Positions 29,845 through 43,100 of a stretch of 64,000 nt of DNA are shown here, piece by piece. The DNA is taken from NCBI RefSeq assembly GCF_009914755.1, contig NC_060934.1. One strand, 5' to 3'. Numbering within the stretch: position 1 is the stretch's first letter; the number at the start of each line of letters is the position of its first letter. This DNA comes from the human T2T-CHM13v2.0 reference genome, Homo sapiens. The notes under the pieces are model-generated. The model was given only the letters and a program-made list of their open reading frames with translations. It was not told where the DNA came from and did no database searches. The translations under genes and the position numbers were made by a program.

Positions 29845-30025
29845 AGGGCTGCTAGATAGACAAGGGCACCCAATTCAATTTGAATTTTAGATAGACAATG
29901 AATCATTGTTTAGTATAAGTATATTCCACATATTGTATGAGGTGTACTCACACTAAAAAAAATGGTTATTTATTTAAAATTCGACTTTCACCCAGTGCCC
30001 TGCACTTCTGCTCACTAAATCTGGA
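29845..30025. mobile_element. MER53 palindromic hAT MITE
   Basis: AATTTGAATTTTAGATAGACAATGAA...TAGTATAAGTAT...ACTAAAAAAA...AAAATTCGA matches the self-complementary MER53 consensus. Confidence 0.75.
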
Positions 30026-30439
30026 GATGAGAGACTGGTGAGGCTCCTGGGGCTTGGGTTGAGGGTGGGAAGAAAGAGCAAGGGGCTCCCAAGCCCATGC
30101 CTTGCCTCTTGGAGGTCCCCAGGCTGGTGGTCCAGGAGGGCAACGTGGTGGGTTCTCAGAGGCTGGTGCAAACCCTGCAGATAACTGTCAGGACTGCCAG
30201 CGCTGGAGGCTGGGAGGAGAGGGGAGCTGGGCCTGAGCGTCCAGGGCAGTCATCCAGGTGCAAACCTACTTCCCGTAATGAGTTTGAAAAATATATTCCA
30301 CATTCTCTTGAGGCAAACGTTCAACAAAAATTAACTCCAGGAAACACTTCTATATCTGGCCGGGTGATTTGGGCCTCATTACAGAACAGCTTTTCCGACA
30401 AACACTCCTTTACCATGAAACTTTTATTCGAACAATAAG

Positions 30440-30960
30440 ATAATAATGGCCAATATTTATCTAATGTTCACTGTGGAACAGGCACTGCACTCAGTGTCTT
30501 ATGTATTTCACAGCATTTAATTCTCACTGAAGTCATCATTCATCTATTCAGCAATTGCTTACTTACTGACCAAATTCCAGGCCCTGACTCTGGGCTCCTG
30601 ATAACAACAGTGAACAGAATGGGGCACGGTCCTCCCGAGGCACACGGAGAATGCAACCCAACGCCCACCTGCAGGGTACGTCTCATCTTCACAGTAACCC
30701 TTCACAGTTTGGATTTCACAGAAACAAGGCATTATTTTTCTGTATAAGTATGTCCCAAGATTTTAAGGGACACACGTATACCTAAATATTTGTTGTTTAT
30801 CTAAAATGCTAATTTAGCTGGGTGTTATTATTAGCCTGTTGGGAAACTCAAGCACAGACAGCTTAATTAACTTCCCCAGAGTTACACAGCCAAGAAGCAG
30901 AAGAGGTCAGAGCTGAGCCTGGGCCACGTGTCTCCTGAGTCCGTCTCCTTCCTGGTCATG
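30440..30960 (-). mobile_element. MIR relic interrupted by an L2 3' fragment and MER53
   Basis: MIR-like AATATTTATCTAATGTTCACTGTG...GGGAAACTCAAGCACAGA...AACTTCCCCAGAGTTACACAGC, and L2-like CATTCATCTATTCAGCAA at about 30537-30630. Confidence 0.55.
30703..30825. mobile_element. MER53 central fragment (hairpin)
   Basis: TGTATAAGTATGTCCCAAG...GGGACACACGTATAC...TTGTTGTTTATCTAAAAT...AATTTAGCTGGG. Confidence 0.75.
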
Positions 30961-30999
30961 CCACACGGCCACACTGCATTCGTGAACAGATGGAGTCCC

Positions 31000-31760
31000 A
31001 CCCTTGGGAACTTACAGGTTAGGGAGAGACCGACCCTGGTTACAACTATGATGAGGGTTACAAAGAAACTTCTGGGGCCTCTGGAAGCCGGGGGGATTGG
31101 GAAGTTTTTCTGGGGAAGTAAATCCCAGGACCTGAAGGCTGGTGGGGAGGAGGGAAGAGAAGAACATTCCCGACAGAGGGACTGGCTTGCGCAAAGTCTC
31201 GTGTGGTCGAAAGGCCTCTCCAAGAACAAATCTGGCTGCATAGTTTATGGGGCTCAATGGGAAAGGAAAAGGCAGAACTTCTTGTTTAAAAATTATTGGG
31301 AATTTTAAGATGGTGACAGCAAAGCATTCAGCCAAACACAAGATCCTGTGCTGTGCGCCCGTGTGGCTGTCCTGTCCAGGAAGCAGAGGCAGGCAGGGCT
31401 GGGGCAACAGGGGGAGGAATGCTGGTAAACCCAGCCTGGGAGGTCAGATTGGGGATTTGACTTCAGCCGAAGGGTAATCAGAAGTCATGGGGCTTCCAGC
31501 TGGGCAGCGATATGATCAGATTGGCATTTTAAAAGATTTTTCCGGTTACCACGTAGAGCATGGATTGGACTGGATGCCTAGTGATTAATTTGTCAGCTGT
31601 CATTGCAATTTAGGCAAAACATATCGGTGGGTCATCAGGAACATGGGTGGCATTGGAAATGGAGGTGAGATAAGTGGGTGATTCCAGAGCCACTGCAGGA
31701 AGAGCCGCAACGAGGAGGGGAGGTGTGGGCATCCAGGAGATATCCAGGGCAGCAGCTGCA
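31000..31760 (-). mobile_element. L2 relics
   Basis: Purine-rich L2-like motifs such as GATATGATCAGATTGGCATTTTAAAAGAT. Confidence 0.5.
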
Positions 31761-32144
31761 GCACCTGAGAACCCATGGCAAAAGCAGCCCAGATCGGGAG
31801 CTGCAGAGTTGGGGTGCAGAGGGCGGGGTGGACCCGTGGGGTCATGGGTCACCTACATCCAGTGGTAGAGGCAGTGCCGTGGGCATAGGTCTGAGAGGAA
31901 ATGATCACGTGGACCCTGGGGGTCTGGAGAAGGTGCCCGGGGTCCTTAGGAAAGCATCGGGGTGGTAAGATGCCCAGGATGCAGCTCTCTGGACTATCCT
32001 GCTGATGGAGACAAGCTGATGGTGGAGACCAAGAAGGGGCAGCCCTTGAGGGAACCAAATCAGGAGCTTTAATATTCGTGAATGATTTGTGTGGCCACAG
32101 GCTGAAAAGAGGGAAAGAGGAGCATTCCTGGAGGAGCAGGGAAT

Positions 32145-32778
32145 CCTGAGTGAGCAGATCGGGGCCCCCTGGCCATGTGTCCGTGCAGAAATCAGGCTTG
32201 GCAACACCGGGTTTACAGGCATGTCCCAAGTGAGCAGGGGTTGGTCCCCTGGACATGTGTCCATCCAGAAATCACACTTGGCAATGCAGGGTTTACAGGT
32301 ATGTCCTGAGTGAGCAGAGCATGGCCCCCTGGATGTGTTCCCATGCAGAAATCATGCTCGGCAATGCTGGGTTTACAGCCATGTCCTGGTGAGCAGAGCA
32401 TGGCCCCCTGGGCATGTGTCCACCCAGAAATCACACTTGGCAATGCCAGGTTTACAGGCATGTCCTGAGTGAGCAGAACTTGGTCCCCTGGACATGTGTC
32501 CATCCAGAAATCACACTTGGCAATGCAGGGTTTACAGGTATGTCCTGAGTGAGCAGAGCATGGCCCCCTGGATGTGTTCCCATGCAGAAATCATGCTCGG
32601 CAATGCTGGGTTTACAGCCATGTCCTGGTGAGCAGAGCATGGCCCCCTGGGCATGTGTCCACCCAGAAATCACACTTGGCAATGCCAGGTTTACAGGCAT
32701 GTCCTGAGTGAGCAGAACTTGGTCCCCTGGACATGTGTCCATCCAGAAATCATGCTCGGCAACCCTGGGTTTATAGAT
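32145..32778. repeat. Tandem repeat of 79-80-bp units x about 7.9 with a 239-bp higher-order period
   Basis: Units begin GTGAGCAG at 32150, 32230, 32310, 32389, 32469, 32549, 32628 and 32708. Confidence 0.95.
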
Positions 32779-35700
32779 AGGGGCCTGGCCAGGCTGGTGC
32801 TCAGCCTCTAGCTCACTCAAGAACCCTGGAGTCCTTAGTGTGCTCTTCTGATGTTTCCATGTTTCCCCTCCTCTTCCTTCTGGGCACAGGGCAGGGCTGC
32901 CTGTCCAGGCCAGGGATTATGAGCATCAGCCTCCTGTGCCATTGCTGGGCTGGTGATGGCCAGGCTGGGCTCTGTGGCCTCTGCTTGAGACAGGGCTGCT
33001 CCATCAGCTGGATCCTGGATGGAGACCCAGCCTCGGCAAACACCGTCTCTTTCCCCAGCTGTTTGTGATGGTGCAGCATCAGTGAGAAGCAAACCCTCAC
33101 TGATTTAGCCTGTTGAGATTTGGGGATAGTTTGTAACAAAATGACCTTTTAAACCTATGAGTTATTTAAATATCATGGATATACAGGAAAAGACAAAAAT
33201 GGCTTTTGTACCATTAACTTAAGAGAAGACACAGCACTCCACAAATGCAAGGTTGTATTATCTCACTGGTGTGGTGGGTTGCGTGGCTATAATTACTGTA
33301 CAATGCAGGGGGCTTCCTGGATCCACGGGACCAGCCTTGGGGGCTGAAGCCACTCCAGGTGCACTGTCTTCGGGCAGTTGTTGAGTTTCTGGGGTTCTGT
33401 GTGCCAGAGACCTGGAAATGACCATAGCAACACATCATGGACTCGAAACTTACTAAGATACAAGGAAAAGGAGCATTGGTCTGAAGACTGGGGGGAAAGG
33501 CACATCTTTGAAAATTATGTATTACATATTTGAAACTCTTAGCTTGAAGACGTGTGAAAGGACAGAGGCAGAATGCAACAGGGGTAAGGAGAGAGAAAAG
33601 GAGAGGAAGACGTGAGCAAGGTAGGGAGGTAACCGGAGTTTACAGAAGTCAGAAACGACCGCATCAAAATCCAACATGCAATTGCAGAAATAAAAGCAGC
33701 AGAAAGGAACAGAACCCCCTGGGGTGGAGAATTGCACCAGGAATGTAGAAGGAAAGTTAAGGGACTCTTCCAGAGTCCAGAGAAAAATGAAAGCCATGCG
33801 TTCTAAAGGTGATAGAACACCATTAAGCAAGCTATTTTTGAAATAAAGAGTTGATTGATTCAATAATTGAAAATCCATGAACATAATTTATTCTATCAGT
33901 AGGGTGAAATTCATCATATCAGAATAAAAATCATGAAATTAGATTGCTGAAACTAAAAAAAGCATTCGATAAAATTATGCCTCCATTAATAAAAATAGTA
34001 AGAATCACACATACACACAAAATAAGTTTACTGTGATCAGAATCATACTTTCAAACAATAGAAAGAATATGACACTCTAACAAAATGATGAATATGGAAT
34101 TCCAATTCCAACATGGTGGTCAACACTGAAACATTGGTGGAATTCCCACAAGCAACCACCTTGGCCTGTGTCAACCCTTCTTCCCCAGGAAGGACTGGAT
34201 ATGGCAGCCCTGCTGGTCGCTCCACCAGCACTCATGTTCCCTCTCCCGGGAGGAAGGAGACTAATCAGGATAAGGAAGGTGTGAGCCCACACTCCACCCG
34301 TGTGTTCCTCATGGTAGAAGGTTTCGAAGATGGCTTCTCCCACGCAAACCCTCCTCCTGGCTGTCTCCCTGTCACTCAAAGACATGCCTGCCTTGGTTCC
34401 AGAAAATCTGTCACCTCTTCCATTCCATAAGCTCTCTGGGCCAGAATTCCCCATCTAAACCCCACTACCCAACATTTTGCTTAGTTCTGCCCATTTATAT
34501 TTTATAGGTCAGAATCCTGTAGGCAATGAGGAATGAGTGTGAGATTCAGGCACCACATCCACACTGAACCTCCACCCTCTTGGTGCCCAACATGGCACTC
34601 AGAAGATGCTTCCACAAATCTAGCATTTGGGGACCAGGCTGTGGTACATGAAGTCCTTGTGGAGGCAGCTGGTTTTTAGACCTTGCTGAGTGATGCTGGG
34701 TCAGATTCATGCTGGGGCTGGCGTGGAGAAAGGAGTAGGCATGCAATGGTTTGCACCATGTGGCAGGCTCAGGCCTCAGTGTCACTGAATGCAATGAAGG
34801 TTAACTGAAGCCCTGGGGAATTGAGCACTGAGAAAAGGCAGCTTTTGGAGAGAAGAAGGCCATGGCAGAGGTCAGACATCCCCAAAACAGCACAGGCCTC
34901 AAAAGGTCATGGATGTCAATGAGAGAAAAAACACATGAAAGCTCAAACTCCTGATGGGTGATTTTTCTCAGCTTAGTTGAAGTTCATAGGTTGTGGCACC
35001 TAGATAACAAGCACAAACTGAGTGTCATTTAGATAAGCCAAAACCCAATCATTTTCTTTCCTTTTTTCTCGTGTGCTGTGTGCTGTCTGCCTTCTTTCCC
35101 CTAAATAATGTCTGCAACTAGCAACAACAACGTGTTCTACATTTTATTATTTGAGAAGTTCTGGATTCAAATTTGCCAAAGATAGCCATAAAAAGAGCTG
35201 GAAATTTTGTAATGTTCTCTCAAATTTGCAGGAAAGAAGAATTCAACTTGGGAAAAAATGAAGCCGCTTCATGTATTCCAGCCAAAGCCAGCACAGGAGC
35301 AGATTCCAGCAAGATGGTGGCTCAACCCCGAGCAAGGCAGGGCTTTCTGACCAGAGCAAGGAGGAAAAAGAGAGAGTTTTAGAGTTAGACTTCCTCAGAC
35401 TTTCCTACAAGACAAAATATATTTAATTTTAAAAATTTCCTAATGAAAAAGATTTTACATATGGAGGATATGCTAATTAAAATAATCTCTCAGTCATTAA
35501 CTTACATTTTGGAAATAAATACTGTCCCCTAGTTTCCATATCTAATTGCTAAGGATTTATGAATTGACATAGCCGGGCATCATCTGGAATGGGAAATGAA
35601 ATAGGACATCCATGCTTGTCTTCAGGGGTGAGAGCTGAACGTGGAGTCAATTTATCTAGCACCCTGTTTCAGCATTTCAGACGTTTCTGGGAGCAAAAGT

Positions 35701-35779
35701 AGAACTGTCCTCACCAGCTCTAGGTGGTTATTTGGGAGCAGGGTGAGAGGTCTGGGCATGCACACTGCTGCTTGCCTTC

Positions 35780-36121
35780 TGCTATGGGCTGAATGTTTGT
35801 GTTCCTCCAAAATTCATGTTTTGAAGCCCTCAATGTAATGGTATTTGAAGATGAGGCAGGGAATTAGGTCATGAAGGTGAAGCCTCATGATGGGATTAGT
35901 GTCCTCATGAGAAAAGAAAGAGACCCCAGATCTCCCTTGCTCCACCATATGAGGATACAGCAAGAAGGTAGCCATCTACAAGCCAGAAAGAAAGCCCTCA
36001 CCAAGAACTAAATTTGCAGGCACCTGGATTGTAGACTTTCCAGTCTCCAGAACTGTGAGAAATACATTTCTGTTGTTTAAGACATGGTATTTTGGTAAGG
36101 TTGTCTGAGCTGACTAATACA
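35780..36121 (+). mobile_element. MLT1A-like ERVL-MaLR solo LTR
   Basis: TGCTATGGGCTGAATGTTTGTGTTCCTCCAAAATTCATG...CTCCAGAACTGTGAGAAATACATTTCTGTTGTTTAAG...GACTAATACA. Confidence 0.8.
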
Positions 36122-36246
36122 CTTCCCCTCCAGAGGCAGCCACTACCCAGTTAACCATAGACTAAGGAGTCAAGCCAGAAAATTAAGAGATGAAAAACAC
36201 AGGCTTCTGTATGGCCCCTCTGGTATTTCATGTTTTTACAAGTACA

Positions 36247-38532
36247 TGTATTAGTTCGTTTTCACACTGCTGATAAAGACATACCTGAAACTGGGAACAA
36301 AAAGAGGTTTAATTGGACTTACAGTTCCACATGGCTGGGGAGGCCTCAGAATCATGGTGGGAGGTGAAATGCACTTCTTACATGGTGGCAGCAAGAGAAA
36401 AATGAGGAAAAAGCAAAAGCAGAAAACCCTAATAAACCCAGCAGATCTCATGAGACTTATTCACTATCACAAGTGTAGCACAGGAAATACGAGCCCCCGT
36501 GATTCAATTACCTCCCCCTGGATCCCTCCCGCAACATGGGGGAATTCTGGGAGATACAATTCAAGTTGAGATTTGGGTAAGGACACAGTCAAACCATATA
36601 ATTCTGCTCCTAGCCCCTCCAAATCTCATGTCCTCACATTTCAAATCCAATCATGCCTTCCCAACAGTCCCCCAAAGTGTTAATTCATTTCAGCATTAAC
36701 CCAGAAGTCCACAGTCCAAAGTCTCATCTGAGACAAGGCAAGTCCCTTCTGCCTATGAGCCTATAAAATCAAAAGCAAGCTAGTTGTTTCCTAGATGCAA
36801 CAGAGGTACAGGTATTGGGTTAAATACAGCCATTCCCAATGGGAGAGATTGGCTAAAACAAAAGGGTTACAGGGCCCATGCAAGTCTGAAATCCAGTGGG
36901 GCAGCCAAATTTTAAAGCTCCAAATGATGTTTTTTGACTCCAAGTCTCACATCCAAGTCATGCTGATGCAAGAGGTGAGTTCCATGGTCTTGGGCAGCTC
37001 TGCCTCTGTGGCTTTGCGGGGTACAGTGTCCCTTCCGGCTGTTTTCATGGGCTGGCATTGAGTGTCTGTGGCTTTTCCAGGTGCATGGTGCAAGCTGTCG
37101 GTGGACCTACCATTCTGGGGTCTGGAGGATGGTGGCCCTCTTCTCATAGCTCCACTAGGCAGTGCCCTAGTAGGGACTCTGTGTGGGGGCTCCAATCCAA
37201 CATTTCCCTTCTGTATGGCCCTAGCAGATGTTCTTCATGAGGGCCCTGCCCCTGCAGCAAACTTTTGCCTGGGCATCCAGGTGTTTCCATACAACTTCTG
37301 AAATCTAGGTGGAGGTTCCCAAACCCTAATTATTGACTTCTGTGCACCCACAGGCTCAACATTATGTGGAAGCTGCCAAGGCTTGGGGCTTTCATCCTCT
37401 GAAGCCAGAGCCTGAGCTCTATGTTGGCCCCTTTCAGCCACGGCTGGAGTGGCTGGGACACAGGGCACCAAGTCCCTAGGCTACACACAGCATGGTGACT
37501 CTGGGCTCTGCCCAAGAAATCATTTTTTCCTCCCAGGTCTCCAGGCCTGTGATGAGAGAGGCTGTGTGAAGGTCTCTGACATGGCCTGGAGACATTTCCC
37601 CATAGTCTTGGGGATTAACATCAGGCTCCTTGCTACTTATGCAAATTTCTGTAGCTGGCTTGAATTTCTCCTGAAAAAATGGTTTTTTCCTTTCTACTGC
37701 ATTGTCAGGCTGCAAATTTTCTGAACTTCTATGCTCTGTTTCCCTTTTAAAATGGAATGCTTTTAACAGCACCCAAATCACCTTTTGAATACTTTACTGC
37801 TTAGAAATTTCTACCGCCAGATACCCTAAATCATCTCTTTCAAGTTCAAAGTTCCATGTTTCTCTAGGGCAGGGGCAAAATGCCGCCAGTCTGTTCACTA
37901 AAACATAACAAGAGTCACCTTTGTTCCAGTTCCCAACAAGTTCCTCATCTCCATCTGAGACCACCTCAGCCTGGGCCTTATTGTTCATATCACTATCAGC
38001 AATTTTGTCAAAGCCATTCAACGAGTCTCTAGGAAGTTCCAAACTTTCCCACATTTTCCTGTCTTCTTCTGAGTCCTCCAAACTGTTCCAGGCTCTCCCT
38101 GTTACCCAGTTCCCAAGTTGCTTCCACATTTTCGAGTATTTTTTCAGCATCACTTCACTCTGCTGGTACCAATTTACTATATCAGTTTGTTTTCATGCTG
38201 CTGATAAAGACATACCTGAAACTGGGAACAAAAAGAGGTTTAACTGGACTTACAGTTCCACATGGCTGGGGAGGCCTCATAATCATGGTGGGAGGTGAAA
38301 GGCACTTTTTACATGGTGGTGACAAGATAAAAATGAGGAAGAAGCAAAAGTGGAAACGCCTGATAAACCCATCAGATCTCTTGAGACTTATTCACTATCA
38401 TGAGAATAGCACAGGAAAGACTGGCCCCCAAGATTCAATTACCTCCCCCTGGATCCCTCCCACAACATGGGGGGATTCAGGGAGATACAATTCAAGTTGA
38501 GATTTTGGCGGGGACACAGCCAAACCATATCA
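36247..38532 (-). mobile_element. Full-length THE1A retrotransposon (3' LTR 36247-36601, internal 36602-38177, 5' LTR 38178-38532)
   Basis: Two homologous 355-bp LTRs with THE1A-type sequence around a roughly 1.58-kb MaLR internal region. Perfect 5-bp TSD GTACA at 36242-36246 and 38533-38537. Confidence 0.95.
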
Positions 38533-39469
38533 GTACATTTCTGTGTCACTTCCTCAAAAGTGGCAATGTTAGCACCATCTTGCACTTTTTCTCTTCCTTT
38601 TCTGCCTCCTCCTGCTCTTTGAAAGAGACATGGTTTTCTGATAGGGAGATTGGAGTCAACAGTCCACTGGGCTGCATGGAACCTCCATCTGCTTTGATGA
38701 TCTCAAATATCTGCTGTGTGTGGAGGATGAAGCTGTGAGCATCTTCATCTTTGAAGGTCATGGTCTATGAACCTCTTCATGTGTTCCATCCAATCCTTGC
38801 CTCTCTGGATAGTAACCCACACTTGTGTCAACTGCTCTCTTGAGCATGAAAGAAATGCACCTTTACTAATGGAAAGTTCTCATCCTGGGTCTGAATTTTT
38901 CATTTTACTTTACAAGATGAATCTTTCCTCTCAGTGGTCTACAGACAGTGATCTTCTTTTCTGGGGTTCAGACTCAATATTTATGCATATATAATATCTC
39001 CAGCTTTAGAGGCTGCTTTTTTGGAGTTGTGGGAAGAGAGATTGAGTGAAGCAGTGTTTATTGAGCTGTAACTAAGGAATTACAAGGAAAGAGTAGACAA
39101 TGGAAATATGTAGTCTAATGTGCAGATATTTGGGATCTACAGAAGAAAACATGTTTATATGCTCTAATAGTTTATAGAATGGGGGAGTACACAGAGGAGG
39201 TTGAGAAAAATACTACCTTTGAATAAAAATGTCATGCTGTGTTTATTCAAATTACAAAATTAATATATATTCAGAGCAGAAAACTGGAATTTTTTTTTTA
39301 AATTACAAGCACTAAAATAATTAAATAAATAGAATTTCTTTTGGTGATACTGCCCAGGAGTATGTGTTTTTAACATTTTGGGGTAAGACTTTTCAGCCTG
39401 TTTTTGTGACCATCATTATTAGCTATCTTTTGAAAAAATAAAAATGGTTATGATAAGATGTATGCTTTT

Positions 39470-40110
39470 GTAGATTAGACAAAATATATACAAGAAAAAT
39501 ACTAATCAAAAGACAGCCATGGTGGCTGCTTTATCAATATGCTGAATTAAATTTCATTTCTAATGCTAGCAACACTTACAAAATATATCTGTGAAAATAT
39601 CAAGGGATAAATATAAAAATATGTGTAAAAATTATGAAAATTTATTTAAAAAGTCATTAAAGAAAATCTACATAAATAGAGAGATATACCATGTGCATGG
39701 ATAGGAAGATTCGATATCATAAAGATGAATTTATAGATGTAAAGCATTGTGAAGTTATTATATGTCAAGCAGTGGTCTCATATAATATGATTTAATAGGT
39801 TTATACAATTCTATTATATAGACATACCATAATCTACTTATGCATTCTGCTATTGATTAATGTTCAGATAATTTTTCATTAATGTAAATTGTACTGTGTT
39901 GAAAATCCTAGAATATAATTTATCAAATGTATTTCTAATTATTTACTTGGCATAAATTCTTAGAAGTAAAATTGCTAGACCAAAGGACATAACAGTTTTT
40001 CATATTTTTTTCAATTTGCCCACCAAAAATATTGTACTCAACTTCTACTCCTCCTGTCAGTGACTACGTTTGCCCATTTCTTCACATCCTCACATCCTGG
40101 GTGCCATCAT
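39470..40110. mobile_element. Old L1M fragments (sense ORF2 piece, then an antisense 3' piece)
   Basis: GAAAATCTACATAAATAGAGAGATATACCATGTGCATGGATAGGAAGA (sense), then TAAATTCTTAGAAGTAAAATTGCTAGACCAAAGG (antisense). Confidence 0.6.
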
Positions 40111-43100
40111 TCCATCAGTGTTTGTTAACGGGGCAGGCAAAATGTGTCCATTCACTCACTGGTAGATCACGTGCTCTATGGGACCAGGAAACATTCCAGC
40201 ATAATATCTGGCAAATATTTGGTGCATGAGAAATATTTTTGAATAAAAGAATGGAAGGCAAAATCGAGATTGAGGAGGGATTGTAATACATGTTTTACTA
40301 TGTACTGATGAAGGAGTGGAAGCATACATATGAACTAGCATTTATTTCAGACTGTCCAGATGCCAGCAATAGATTGTTATAAGACACGAAAACATTCTCT
40401 AGCAGGAAAGCAGCAGAGTGTGGTGGAAAGATCAATGAAACAGGATACTCCCCATCACCCTGGCAAATTGGTTCTTCGATATTCAACATTCTCAGCTGAG
40501 GAGGAAAGGAATGAAAATAAATGGTCTCATAGATCCACTTTACTCAAAAATTCCATGTTTCATCTCCCATTCTCATTTCATCTTCATATCACAGTCTAAG
40601 GAAAATTGTAAAATCCCAGAAGAGTGATTAATACAACCTGCAATACTCAGACTCCCAGCAAGTATTGGGCAGCTGCTAACGTGTGAACTGTGCATTAGAC
40701 CTAGCTTTTGGATATTAAACAGAATGATCCAAAGCCCTGGAAACTTACTGCTTTCTTCAGGGGGTGCCCATTTTCCCTTTATTGTAGTGGATTTGAGTTA
40801 TGGGTTTCGACAACTGGTGCAACCTTTGAGAATAAGCACAGGCTGTCTACCCAGAGGAGTTTTGCTATTTTGTAAAGTAAGTTGCTGGCTTTAGTGCTTC
40901 ATCCATGTTTTATGATGGCCAATAAGAATCTGGGTCTAATTTTATGATCCCATCTACTACTGTTTACTTTGCTTACAGAAGGCCACACATCACCAATTTA
41001 TAGTTTACATTTTATTTAGCTTCCTTGGCAAAATTATAGACAAATTTATGTATGCATAAACAGTATGCATCTGACAATAATTCTGAGTTTTAATACATTT
41101 TAAAAAGTTAGATCTTACACAAGGTGAGTGCCTCTTTCTCTTGACACCTCATCAGTGTCTTAATTTTTTGGAAGCCTCTTGGGCATCTTGAGTAAGATGT
41201 ATCATGAACACTGAAAACTGGAAGAGCCCTGCGGGGCAGGTAAGGAGGAAGTTAGTCCTCCAAACCCCAGGTGGGGAAGCCATGATCAATACAGTTGAGA
41301 CATTATTTCTCAAACATATTTCTAATGACAGTGGGGATTAATTAATTAAACTCAGATTTTTAGTGACATTCTACCAATGTGAAAGGGTTGATCTTTCATT
41401 GTTGCTTCAATTTAGTGTGTGGACAATTTTGCCTTTAAATTGAGAAAGAGATATGTTACAGAGTCTGTTAATACCAAGATCTCATTTACTGGAGATTCTC
41501 CAGCAGAGCCCATCCCAAAGAGCTCAAACCTGAAGTCTTCACTCCCCCAATGTGGGCTCTGCCAAGCATCTGTGCATATTCACAGGCAGGACTGTGTCCA
41601 CGTCCATAAACCCATGTGTCCCCCAGCCCTTTCTCTGTGTTCCTGAAATGGTTTCATAATACATCATGTGACCTTATTCTGCACCTTGGGTAGCATTCGT
41701 AATCAAGTTATGAACAAAACTCTCACAAAATCCAGTGATGGGACCCAGCTTAGGCTCACTGAAAGCACCATGTTGTTCACCTGGGAGCTGTCACACTGGC
41801 TCTGGAGTGCAACTTTTTCTAGTACCTGATGTGGGAAGTGTGCATTACACCTCACATTTTGGAACCTTGCTGAGCCAAGAGTAGCTAAATTGGCAAAGTG
41901 CAAAATGGTTTGTGCTGCTGCTCTGTGAAAATGTGGGAAGCTAAAAATCAGAAACTAAGCCTAAAATATTCTGTTGAGGTTTTCAGTTTTTAAGTGCCAC
42001 TTTGCCTTTAGATAAGCCTTCTGCAAATTAGAATGTAATGAAAGACCTTGTAACTAGAGGCCCAAGTGAGAAGACCCTATAAAAATGCCCTCTTTGAACC
42101 AGGAGAAACTTCCAGTCCAATGCAGAATCTTATCTCTGCTTTTGTCACTTAGAAGAAGCATAATATATGAAAACTCTGAAAATTCTAAAAGTGCTGGATA
42201 AAGGGTAATGGATTACTGATGACTGTGATAACATCATGGATCAATATGGTAATTGCAATTCAATAAAGAAAAAAATGGAAACTTCTGCTCTGGGAAATCT
42301 CAACCACAGTCTTTTCTTACACTCTTTTCTTGGTTCCATTGCTAATGTTGCAGCAGCCCCTCTGCATTCTGCCCCAGGGCTCACTGGCAAGGGAGAAGTC
42401 TCCTGCCAGGATAGGCTTCAAGGTTCTGGATGGGGCAAGACAGCACCAGGAGCTTCTGCCTGAACCACACATTGCAACGGACAACATCATCATTCAGGGA
42501 ACGTGGTCCCAGGAGCTTCACTCTGAAACACTGTGTCCATTTAATCATTTTCCAATCTGTTTCTCTTGTGGACTTCATGACTTTTCATGAAAACAAATAT
42601 CTGTCAAAATATCATATTAGAATGGCATTTGAAGATTTTTATATCCTTAGCAATAATGACTTTACATCCTTTTTTCTTTGGAATGAGAGCTGATGAGTCT
42701 TTCTGAGAATGCCTTCTTGATCTTGGGGCTGTTTTCTTGTCATCAGATACTAAACACCCTTAATTGATTTGAGGTGCCCTACTGCTGGGCTCTGACCGGG
42801 CTCGTACAGCCAGGAAGCTACTGCAAGATAAATCAGAACAAGCCCGACTGCGCTTTTCAGGGCAAATAAAGTCTTCAGATGAGAGGCAAAGTGTTCTATT
42901 ATCACTCATAAAAAGTGCCAGGTCTTTAATATATGATTGTACTAACATGTTCATTAGGAGAACTGGCTGTAATTGAGCAATGGAGACTGTGAGCACAGGC
43001 ACTTGTTTCTGCCATTTGATATTTGTCTCATATTTTATTAGCAAGAATGCATGAAGGAACGAGAGATGAGAGTACAGTTTGAAGACGACCTCTGTGCCCC

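Noticed and set aside
32145-32778. CRISPR-like repeat-spacer array
   Set aside because: The units are homologous along their whole length with no unique spacers, there are no cas genes, and the context is a primate genome.
36795-38153. Several 60-119-aa ORFs in the THE1A internal region
   Set aside because: They are fragments of the decayed MaLR internal sequence broken by stops and frameshifts, not an intact gene.
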